Below, in pieces: positions 23,174-35,100 of a DNA stretch of 64,000 nucleotides. The stretch spans positions 644,259 through 708,258 of the forward strand of contig CAJINV010000016.1 of assembly GCA_905178155.1 (NCBI GenBank), written 5' to 3'. The stretch is from Amoebophrya sp. A120 (Eukaryota; Protista; Dinoflagellata). The position numbers and the translations under genes were made by a program. Each line of letters begins with the position of its first letter. The stretch's first letter is position 1. The notes under the pieces were generated by a model. It saw nothing but the letters and a program-made list of their open reading frames with translations, did not search any database and had not been told where the DNA came from.

Positions 23174-26100
23174 ATGGGGACGCTGCAAGAGCACGTGCGA
23201 AATTGTACTGGCGGAGGTCAACACCACCACCACCACCATCGCAAAAGGCAGCTACGAGGGAAGGTCGGCTCTTTGTTACCAGGGAGAGCTAGTACCAGCG
23301 ACGTCTTGGTCTACTCGAGGACGAAATTAGCTCTACTACTAGTCGCGGCCTTTGCAGCTGCGGCGCTTGTGCTACTGCGAGGCAGCTTTTCTTTGTTCGC
23401 GTTTCTCGGCTTCGGACCGCCCCCTCCACAATATCCGCGAAAAAACGCCTCGTCGACCTTCTTCTTCGCCGACGCCAAGCGGCTTCGGCTCGGGCGGCGG
23501 GCACGGGGTTCAACATACTATTCAAAACCGGGAAAGACAGGTGGACCTGACCCCTTTTTCAACTTTCTGGCGGACGCACAGATGCGCACCCTGCTGGAGG
23601 AGGACGGCAAATTACCTCCGCGCCGTATCCTGGGTGTAAAATAAACGTAGCTGCCGTTTCCCCAGTCTTGATGTCATGCAAATCTGCATTAGTATGGTAT
23701 CCAGAAGGTGTCTCATACGCAGTCCCATGACCACAAGCATTTTCTAATGCTGTTTGCCTTTATTTGTCTTTGTCATTCTCTAATCAGGATTTAATTCGTA
23801 TTGCGGCCACGCTGGCCAAGCCCCACTCTAGTGCTCGGGAAAGCCGAACTTTGTCATGCCAAAGCCCTAAAGCTGCTTCATTTGTGTCCTGCAGATTGTT
23901 TTGTACCTCGTAAGAGTACTTCTTTATTACACAGGATACGCGCGTCACCAAGTGGGTGCGTCGAGCAGACCAGCGATGCGCGTTTGAAGAAGATGCTAGA
24001 TGAGAAGGACAAGTGGCGCAACAGTATGCCTGAGGGCTTCTGGACGGTCGACGCGCGGCAGGTGGACGGCATCAAGATCGGATATGGATGTGTCAGAGTT
24101 GAAATCGACAAAGTTGAAATAATTTGTCATGCATAAAACGGATACCAGTTATGCCTACAGTTTGTAGTCGATGCATGACAAATCTTCCCGGTCCTGGAAG
24201 CGTGTCTGTCATGCGGTTTAGGGCAAAAGACCTGCCTTCTGTCATGCTAGTCAGAAGTCCAACTTTTGACCCTTACCAGGACCATAATCTGCCTCCCGTG
24301 CGTCCTCTCCAATAGAGTCACTTTTTGTGTCGCATTTTATGCATGACAAATCATTTCAACTTTGACGATTTCAATCCTGACAGTTCCACATCGGACTGGA
24401 AGCGGAGGTCCGCGCGACCACAAAGTCGCGCAAGCTGAAGCTGAGTTCGGTGACCATTCCCACCTGCGCGTTTGCCACCCCCACGAAGCTGTACTGCCTG
24501 GCGCAGGTGGATGTGAAGCGCTCGACCAACTACGCCAAGAATGTGGATTTCGTGCGGTCTTTGTATCTGATCGAGTACAACGACCGGTGTGGGCCTTTTT
24601 TGACCGGTAATCCTAGGGATGCCGCGAAGGGCAGGCCGGGTGATAAACCGCTCACTTCTTTCACGAGCGGCGACGAGAAAGTGCAGCATTTTGGGCGCAA
24701 CGCGCCGCTGGGGCGGAGCGGGAAAATCCTTGGGGGGTCCGACACTTCGGAGGATCCTCTTTCGCGCGGTGGAGAAAACCCGGACTCGCTGGGCCCGACC
24801 GGTGCGGCCGGTCCGGACGGCGCCAAGTGGATTTTTGACTGCGCAAAGATGACCGAGTTCCGCTTTTCCTCCATCCAGCGGAGCCCCGGGGAGCCTATGC
24901 ACAGGAAACAAATAGGTTTTTGTGTCTGGAAAGGTGTTGTTGTCATGCTAAATCCTAAACCCCAAACAGATTTTACAGTAGTTAGCAGTGCATGAACAGT
25001 TTTTGGAAAGGGAATCCTGTGTTTTGCATGGGACGGAGCGCATTTTTGTAAGAAGTACATACAAGCGACACGACCCTTTCGCCACATGCATCCCAACCCT
25101 CTACGGCCGTGTCAACAGCAGGCAGGCACTACAAAATCTCGAATCCTCCAGATGAACACCAGACCACATACTTGCAAATTTCATATCCCCGGAGGGTGTG
25201 CGCTTCGAAAACAAGGGTTCCTTCCGGTGCGAATCGTGGGGCGAGGTGATCCGGGCGTGCGCCCACTGCAACACACTGTTTCGCCGGATGACCTTCCGCA
25301 CCGCGAACATGCCGACTTTTACGGGCAGCTTGATTACCGGATTGCATTACAACACGCTTCCGCGCTTGGCCCCCGCGCGGTCGGAGGACGGCCGGTTTTT
25401 GCTCGCGTGGCTCCCCCGCGAGCGGTCCCTGATCGGGTGGCAGTCCACCCGCGGGTGGAAACTGATCTGGAAAACGCGGCCGATATCCCGTGTAAAAACG
25501 TGTTTATCCCAGAGTTGTCATGCAGATTTGCAATGACAAAAACATTTGTGATGCGCGTCCCCATGACAGGCATTTTTATTTCCAATCGTGTCTTGGAATT
25601 TGTAATGCTGTAAACAGGATAGGCAGCTGGATTTGTAATGCTGGCGTCCTTGCTAACCTGCACTACGCTACGGACTGCAACTTGTCATGCGTGACTCCCA
25701 AAACTTCTAGGTTTGTGGTGCAAAATCCCCACTATCTTGCCTCGGGGGTGGGGACGTTTTTGCTCAGGATAGCCGAGTGAGAAGATTCAGATCGTGCGCA
25801 TGAGTCTGGTCGGTTCCAAAAAGGAGATGGTGTGGCTTGTGTCTTTGTACATCAACAATTCTCCGCACATTCTCCACTTCGAACCCTACGTGTGGCTGAC
25901 GGAACATTGGGACCGGTTTTTGGACCTGGAGTGCATCAACTTTCCCTCGGAGTACCTGCAGCAGAGCCAGGGCGCCGCCGCTGCCTCGGGAGGTGGTGGT
26001 GCAGGTGGTAACGCCGCGGGAATAAACGGCGGTAGTAGCAGTGGCTACAGGCTGAGCGGGAGCAAGTATTGGGAGCGTTTTGGCGAGTATTACGAGTGCG

Positions 26101-29100
26101 CGAAGAGCTCGCACGCGGTCACGGACTTCAAGGATTTCCTGCGACAGCAGTCTGTATGGATTGCAAAAATGTCTGGGTCTGGAAGGATGCGAACTTGTCA
26201 TGCGTGTTGCGGATCATACAAAAATCTGTGTTGCATGACTTGCAAAAGGTCGCCATTTCTGGCCATGCTGAGAGGGCATTTCTCATGCAGAAAAGGCATC
26301 ACCAAGGGGCTGCAGAACCTGTGATGCTATCCCCTGCATTCCAGCCTTGGTGGAGCTTGGAAAAACTGCATGACAAATCTCGGAATCTTCCCGACCCAGA
26401 CATATTTGCATTCCATAGTCTGCGTTTGCTAACAAGCGCCGCATCGAGGCGCACAACTTCAAGCGTATGTAGTGCAAAACTAGTACAACTATCGTACTCA
26501 TTGCATGACGACCGATCATCTGGTTTTTCTAAATGCTATTACGAACGACACACAAGAAGGTCCATTCTTCCTCTCGGAAAAAAAATGTGAATAACTTTAT
26601 GCCACGTACATCTAGTAGTACGAAAGCTTTTGGTTTTTTCAGATGCATAAGGCCCGTGTTGCTGCAGAACGCGTGCCAGCAGCTGCAGCGGGCGTACGAC
26701 TGCCAGTTGGAGCGGCCGTGCAGTTTCTTCAAGGATCCGAGGCTGCTGAAGGCCCCCCCGAAAGTGATGGACCCCGAGTTTCGGTTTGCGGAGTCTATGC
26801 CGTCTATGTCCATTCTGAAGCCGAAAGAGGAACTGGCAAGCCCGCGACGAGGCGGTGGAGCTCGTGCCCGAACCACGACGGCGATGTTGCCCCCCCAGAT
26901 GACGGGAGCGCAGACCGGAATAAGTGGAGGACCACCTCCACCTGCAGCGCAAATAGAAACACCACCTGCAGCGCAACAGGAAAATAATGGGGCGAACGTC
27001 AACGGCGCTGTGGACGCGTCTCTTCCCGACGCGGGAGATGCTGGTGACCTATCAATTACAAATATGTCTGGGTCTGGAAAGCTGCAAGATTTGTCATGCA
27101 TCTCGGGGACCACGACGCACATGGTGTGCAATGCACACGAAAGCATCAGAGATTGTGCGAGACCTACCCCATGCCTATCCCGTATGAGAAATCCGCGTTT
27201 TGTCCAGCAAGAAGTGTGCAACTTTTGGTCTTTATGCTATACAGATTTCTTTGTGCTTGAGACTTTATATTTGCAATGCATACGACCAGCAGACGAGCGA
27301 GCTACAGATGGAACAGGAAGGCTTCGAGGAAGCGAATGAAGTGGGGAAAAAGTCGTGGTCACAAAAGGAAGTCAATCGCGCGACGGAAGGGGCCGCGCCT
27401 GATAAAGTAGGTGCAAACGTCGAAAATGATCGTGCCCCGTCGATAGCAGGAGAAGCTTCGGGTGGTCCAACTGTTACACCGTCTGCTATACACGACAATG
27501 AAGACGAGGAATTTGTGGAAGAGCTGACGGATTTGCTGAGGGAGTTTGAGAAACACCAGCGTCCTCCGGTCGTAGGGAACACGAACGGTGAGCAGGGTCG
27601 TACAGAAGCTGCAGCTGGCTCTTCATTTATCCAAGACAGCTACTTCGCTGCGCCCGACGAGCTGCCCCAATCGACTTCCGCCGCGGCGCATATGGAAGCG
27701 TCAGGACCGAAATCAACAAAATCGAAATAACTTGTGATGCAAACAATCGATACCAGTCGGAGCCTGAGTTTCGAAGTGGTGCATGACAAATTTCGGGATC
27801 ACCATAATCCAGTCTGTCATGCTGTTTGGGCAAAGAAGACCACTCCTGTCATGCTACTCGGGCAGCGCATCACTTTCCCCTAAACAGGCTCACAATCGGC
27901 CTCATTTGCCTGCTCCCCAACACAGGCCATACGTGCCCTACATTTTATGCATTACAAGTTTTTCGATTCTGTCGATCTCGATCCTGACATTCCCATAGCG
28001 CAGTTTCGTGAGTGCATGGAGGCCTCGCAGGAGCTGCACTGCAACTTCCAGTATCAAATGCAAAAATGTCTGGGTCTGGAAGATTGGAACACTTGTCATG
28101 CACATTTTGCATGAACGATTATGACTGTACTGCATGACCTAGCATCAGAGATTTTACGAGGGCTTCCTGATGCCTATACCGCATGAGGAATACCCCCTCG
28201 GCGTAGCATAAACTGGACTCCTCTTGCGCCCTCAGCAATACAAATTTTTTTTGAGTCCAAAGACAGCATGACAAGTTCCATCCTCCCAGACTCAGACACT
28301 TTTGCATTTGATATCCAGTCCTTGCTGCCCAACATTCAAATCCGCGACGTGGAATTGCTCCGCCCGAAGAGCCACAACCGCTATCTGGAGCACAAAAAGG
28401 ACTTCTTCAAGAAGTACCAAATGCGGAAGCTGCAGGTGCAAACCTCTGCCGGTCCGAACAAAGGAGCTTCATCCAGTGGGGCGGATGACTTCGAGCACGG
28501 CCACGGCCGCAGGGACGCGGACGGTGCGGAACTCGATGATCCGACGGAAGATAGCCGCAATAAGGAAACCGACATCCGTCAGGCCTCCGTGCATCCGTCC
28601 CGGATCGATACGAGCTGTACGTTATCAAATGCAAATATGTATGGGTCTGGAAAGATGCGCGGTTTGTCATGCTTGGCTAACATGGCGGGTATGGTGGGGG
28701 CGAGAGGCATGTATGAGTTTTGCGATGTATTGGCAGAAATACATCGCAAAACTCATACATCATACATGGAAGATTTGCGGAGAGCGCGACGGTTTCCGTG
28801 TACGATGTACAATGTATGAGGTGCAATACATCAATGTGCAACCCAATCTCATACATCGTACATCATACATTGTACACGGTCCAGTGTATGATGTGCGATG
28901 TCTGATACATTGTGCATTGATGTATCATACATTGTACATCAATGCACGATGTATGACATTGATGTATCGTACATCGTACATTGATGTATCGTACATCGTG
29001 CATTGATGTATCATACATCGTACATTGATGCACTGTACATGATACACGGCACAAACATTGATGTACTGTACATGATACATGGTACATTGTACATTGTACA

Positions 29101-32100
29101 CTGGCTGCAAGTCGGGGCCGCAGATGCGGCTCCGCTCGGACCAACCGGACTTTGCAACTGCAAGTCGGACCAGCAGATGCGGAGGCGCCGGGGCCCGGCG
29201 CCTCCGCGCGGACCATCAACTGGACTTATTTGCAGCTGCAAGTCGGACCGGCAGTTGGGGAGGCGCCGGGGCCCGGCGCCTCCGCTCGGACCAGCCGGGC
29301 CTTGCCGCTGCAAGTCGGGTCAGAGGATGGGAAGGCGCCGGGGCCCGGCGCCTCCGCTCGCACCAGCCAAGCTTTGCCGCTGCAAGTCGGGCCGGCAGAT
29401 GGGGAGGCGCCGGGGCCCGGCGCCTCCGCTCGGACCAACCGGACTTTGCAGCCGCAAGTCGGACCGGCAGATGGGGAGCGAGGCGCCGGGGCCCGGCGCC
29501 TCCGCTCAGACCAACCGCGCTCTGCAGCCGCAAATCGGACCGGCAGATGGGGAGGCGCCGGGGCCCGGCGCCTCCGCTCGGACCAACCGCGCTCTGCAGC
29601 TCCAAGTCGGGCCGGGAGATGCGCACCCGGCGCCTCCACTCGGACCAGCCGGGCTTTGCGGTTGCAAGTCGGAGCGGCAGATGGGAAGGCGCCGGGGCCC
29701 GGCGCCTCCGCTCGGACCGCCCGGGCTTTGCTGCTGCAAGTCGGGGCCGCAGATGCGGCTCCAACCGGACTTTGCAGCGGCATGTCGGACCCGCAGCTAC
29801 GGAGGCGCCGGGGCCCGGCGCCTCCGCTCGGACCAACCGGACTTATTTGCAGCTGCAAGTCGGACCGGCAGATGGGAGGCGCCGGGGCCCGGCGCCTCCG
29901 CTCGCACCAACCAAGCTTTGCAGCTGCAAGTCGGACCGGCAGATGGGGAGCTCGGACCAGCCGGGCCTTGCAGCTGCAAGTCGGACCGGCAGATGGGGAG
30001 GCGCCGGCGCAGCTGCGCCGGCAGAGGAAGTGCCGGTGCTGGTGCTCTGAGTGGTGCCAGCAGATTCACCGGCCGGCGCAGCTGCGCTGGCAGGAAGATC
30101 AGCTGCTGAGCTCGGAGCTCCAGCATCAAACAGCTGCTTCGCTTGCCAACGCAGCTGCGCTGGCAGAGCAAGTGCTGGCGCTGGAGCTCTGAGTGGGGCC
30201 AGCAGATCCAGGGAAGTCAGCTGCTGAGCTCGGAACTCCATCCTCACACAGCTGTTTCGCCTGCCGGCGCAGCTGCGCCGGCAGACGAAGCACTGATGCC
30301 GGAGCTCTAAGTGGGGCTAGCTAGCAGATCCACCTGCCGGCGCAGCTGTGCCGGCAGGGAGGTCAGCTGCTGAGCTCGAAACTCCAGCATCAAACAGCTT
30401 TTTCGCCTGCCGGCGCAGCTGCGCCGGCAGAGGAAGTGCTGGTGCTGGAGCTCAGAGTGGTGCCTGGCGCAGCTGCGCTGGCAGGAAGATCAGCTGCGGA
30501 GCTCGGAGCTCCAGCATCAAACAGCTGCTTCGCCTGCCGGCGCAGCTGCGCCGGCAGAGAAAGGACTGGCGCTGACGCTCTAAGCGGGGCCCGCAAACCC
30601 ACCTGCCGGCGCAGCTCGCTGCGCCAACAGGGAGACGAGTAGCTGCTGGGCTCGGAACTCCAGCCTCATTCAGCTGGCCATGTATGATGTGCCATGTATG
30701 ATGTATCATGTATCATGTGCCATGCATGATGTGCCGTGTATGATGTGCCATGTATGATGTGCCATGTATGATGTGCCATGTATGATGTACCATGTATGAC
30801 GTACCATGTACCGCGCACCGGGTACGCTGTGCCATGTATGATGTATGATGTATGATGTACGAGGTACATACATCGCAGAATTTGCGATGTATGATGTACA
30901 ATGTATGATGTACAATGTATGATGTACAATGTATGATGTACAATGTACAATGTATGATGTACAATGTATGATGTACAATGTATGATGTACAATGTATGAT
31001 GCACAATGTATGATGCACAATGTATGATGTACAATGTATGATGTGCAATGTATGATGTGCAATGTATGAGAGTGAGGTCGTTCTCCGCAAATCTTCCATG
31101 TATGATGTATGAGTTTTGCGATGTATTTCTGCCAATACATCGCAAAACTCATACATGCCTCTCGCCCCCACCATATTGAACATGGCTCTGGGGTCTGTCA
31201 TGCACGTTGCCCAACAGCCCCAATGCTCTGTGATGCAGAAGCTCACTTTGTCATGCAGAATATACAACACTGAGGCAGCTCTAAAACTTGTCATGGTTGG
31301 CGGCCAATTGAGGCGTCCTCGTCCTCTTTCTCGACCAGCATCACAAGTTTCCAGACATCCAGGAGGGATATTTGGCGCACTGCATAAACGTTTCTCAAGG
31401 GTGGCGAGCTCGTAAACGGGTACGACGACGCCGTCGAGAGCAAGGATACGAACAAGCGCCGGGCGGTGGTGCCCTGCGTGGGGGTGGGGCTCACGGCCCG
31501 GCTGGAGACCTTCTCCGAGGAAGATATGTTCCCCGACGGCTTGGTCAGGTTCGTGAAGGTATAATGGAAAATGAACATGTGCCTATCTATGTAGTAAAAA
31601 GATGAATATTAACAACAAAAAAATGTGGCCACGTTTCAGTTTGAATATGGGTTTGCATGTAGCTGCACGAAGACCAGCACATGAAAAAAAAGCTGCAAAA
31701 TAAATGCTTTGTGCTTCTCGTGTGTGGAGGTCTGGGTTGCAAAAAACTTCCTGCTGATGTTGAAAAAGGTTGGCCTCTTCTTCGGCTGCGGGTGGATACT
31801 ACAGTGAAAAATGCCCCCACCCCTGAACTTGCGAGCATTGGTATTGCAAACCCTTCCAATGGAAACATTCCCCGTCTTGCATATATCAGCATCACAGATT
31901 TTCCATGCTGAATAGCTCAAATACAAATTTGTGGCGCAGAGGAGCCCAACAGCAGGCGGATCTGTTATGTGAGAGATACCTTGCGCGCTTAGATTCTGCA
32001 TCAGAAAGGACTCGCAGTCCTTTCATGCAAGACAAAAAGCTTCCATTCGGAAACTTTGCATGAGAAATTCCGGGGTGGTGGCGTTTTTCATTGTAATAGT

Positions 32101-35100
32101 GGACGCCGTTTAACGACTTTTCCTACCCGCCACGGGTCGTCGAGTTTTATTCCAGCCGGGAACTGCCAAACTGGCCGCGGGCCGCGCACGGGCGCATTTG
32201 GCTGGCCCCGGAAACCCGCGTCGGCGGGCGGCTCAAGGCTCGATTCCTAGCGGGCTACGCAGGCGGGCCGGGGGCGATGCGGCAGGGAATGACGGGCGCG
32301 TCTACGGTGCATCCTGTCACCATGCTGAAGAACCGGCAGAATGACCAGAGCGTGGGACGGATCGTCGCTACGATTGAGACGGATGTGCAGAAAAGCGAAC
32401 GCATGCTGTCCACGCTCCGGAGCCGCAACAGGGTCAACAGGGAGGGCGTATCAAATGCAAATATCTACTCCGGGTGGTCTGGAAACTTGTGATGGTAAAA
32501 TGTGGATGATTGAAACACTTTCGAATGCAACCAAGCATGACAACTTTCTACCGGCGCGCTCTCGTCTCATATGCAGCTCGCGTGAGAAGCTGCGGTTTTG
32601 TATGACGCACGAGCCTGCGTTTTGTGTTGGTCATGCAAAAAAGTACAGACTCCACAAGAAAAATGTAAGACCAGCATTAGCACAAGTTCAAGTTCGAACG
32701 TTCCAGATCCCTGCATTTTATTTTATGCAATGCATAGGTCGTGCGGGCCACGGAGGCCGTCATGGAGCTGAAGGAGGAGCACCAGTGCGACCCGTCCGCG
32801 GCGCTGCGGCGCATCGTCTTCGAGGTCAGCGCCGTATGACAGTGCACAACACAACTCGTCCCCTTCCACTTCCTCCTCATCTGTACTATGGCAAGAACTA
32901 CAGCAACACAAGCAACGGCAGCTACGTGGCTTCCGCATGACAATAAATCTGCGCTTGGGTCAGAGTACTGCTTGAGCTTGTTCCAAAAGTTGGCATGCAG
33001 ACACTGCCTAAGAGCAGGATGTCGACTTGGTACTATTTTGCATCACAAATGAGGGGAAGTAGGGGGGGTTGGGCACTCTGATGCGCCGGGACGTCTACGG
33101 AATCGGTCACGGACACGGCGACCGGGACCACCTACGATGGGAAGTGGCGGACCGTGATGCAGCTGCCGCACGTATCTTAAGTAAACAGGGCCGCATCGTC
33201 CCACGACATTCGTCAGGCAAATTTGCAGTTACAGAAAGAATTGTATATCCGCATCCCCATGAGTGGAATTTGTAATGCTGTAAACAGGACAAGCAGACGC
33301 CTTTGTGATGCTGCTGCACTTGCTCTATTGCATTAAAATACAGAGTGAAAGAACTTGTCATGCGTGACTCCCAAGAAATGTTCTTGCTTTGTAAAAATGA
33401 GGGACCCCGATCGCGATCTTGACTCTGGTAAGGTCGTGGGGAAGATGTTTTTACACAGGACAGCGCGCCGAGTCTTTCCAGGCGCCTTTCTCGATGTTTG
33501 GGTTTGTATCCTGTGCAAAAGTATCGTACTCGTATAAATGCAAGTCTTCCGTGACAAATATTTTTCTGAAGGTAAAACCGCACTACAAATTTTATTTCTC
33601 ATGCTGGGAAAATTTGTAATGCATTTATACGAGTACGATAGTTTTGCAATTCATAGTTTGACCTGATCAACGACTTCGTCCTGTCGCGGTACGTATCAAA
33701 TGTAAAAATGTCTGGGTCTGGAAGATTGCCAGGTTTGTCATGCACATTTTGCATGACTCCTGATGTCTGTGATGCATACCCTAGCAATACAGATTTTCTG
33801 GGGGCTTCTTGATGCCTATTCCGCATGACAAATTCCTTCTCAGCGTAGCAAAAATTGCATTCCGTTTGCTACTCATGCAATACAGATTTTTTTGGAATCT
33901 AGATACAGCATCACAAGTTGCATTCTTTCAGACCCAGACATTTTTACATTTGATACTCGGGGCAGACGAACCACGTCGGACGGCAGGTACTGTACACCGT
34001 GTCCACGGATTTGGGAATCATGACGCAAACCTATGCTGAGCAAAAATGACTCCACCCCATAGTCAAGTTGGTAAATCTGCAACACAAATCCCCAAGTCTT
34101 GGGAGTTGTGCATGACAAGTTTTCATCTGCAGTGTAGTGGTGGTTAGCAAGGGAAGCCGCATGACAAACCCACTTTTTCATTCTGTTTACAGCATGGCAT
34201 CATGTGCCAAAACACGACTGGAAATGCCTCTCATGGAGATGCGCACTACAAACGTTTCGGTCATTGCGCATTTGCATGACAGCCCTGGGCGGCTGGGGAC
34301 GTCTTTACATAGGATAAAACCGGCAGCGACCTGCGCGTGTGGGATCACCGGGTGTCTCTCTCGTCCCTGACCGCAGAGTTTATCTCGCCCACCGCGTTGT
34401 CCGTCCGTGCCTCGGCGTCGCACCCACGGCTGCGAATCGGCTGCGAATTTGATGGCAACGAGCAAACCTACCCCATGCTGTATCCTATGTAAAAACGTCC
34501 CCACGCCATAGTCAAGATGGGAAATCTGCAACACAAATCTCCAAGCTTTGGGAGTTCTGCATGACAAGTTTCCATCTGCAGTGTAGTGCTGGTTAGCAAC
34601 GGAAGCCGCATGAAAAAGCCATTTGCTCATCCTGATTACAGCATTACAAATTCCAAAACACAACTGGAAATGCCTCTCAAGGAGATGCGCATTACAAATG
34701 TTCCTGTCATTGCACATTTGCATGACAACTCTGGGGTGGGAACGTTTTTACACAGGATATGCTGCTGGCCACGCCGGAGTGCCAGCTCGAGGCCGCGTGC
34801 CCCCAGGTGCTCACGTGGCAGACCCGCCGGTCGGAGCCGGGCGTGGTGATATCAAAGTGAAAAATCCCCCCTCCCCATATCAAAGCCGAAATCTGTGATG
34901 CGGGATTTGTGTACACAAATCTAGCAGTAGAGGACTGCAGGCAGATGCAGCGCCTGAGTAGGGGCGTTTTGCTGTAGGCACTTAGCAAGGCAGGCATATC
35001 CTCTGTAGGCGATACAGCATCACAAAGCCCTGCGAAACGCGGCCGATTCTCTGGCTTTGCCCTCTTGCAATACAGGGACGATTTGTGGTTACAAATCAGC

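Larger units (their letters stand above)
28687..31178. mobile_element. Nested foldback/Mutator-like non-autonomous DNA transposon
   Basis: ~94-bp TIRs (28690-28783 / 31083-31175), each with an internal long hairpin; 8-bp TSD AACATGGC (28679-28686 / 31179-31186); filled with tandem repeats; no transposase. Confidence 0.85.
28623..31386. mobile_element. Introner, family A, enlarged by a 2.5-kb nested element
   Basis: Family A left TIR; DR TACGT/AACGT; joins DTSCT|FLKGG. Confidence 0.82.

Noticed and set aside
28700-31300. Long overlapping ORFs (up to 368 aa) in many frames
   Set aside because: Artefacts of stop-free GC-rich and 14-mer tandem repeats inside a non-coding transposon.
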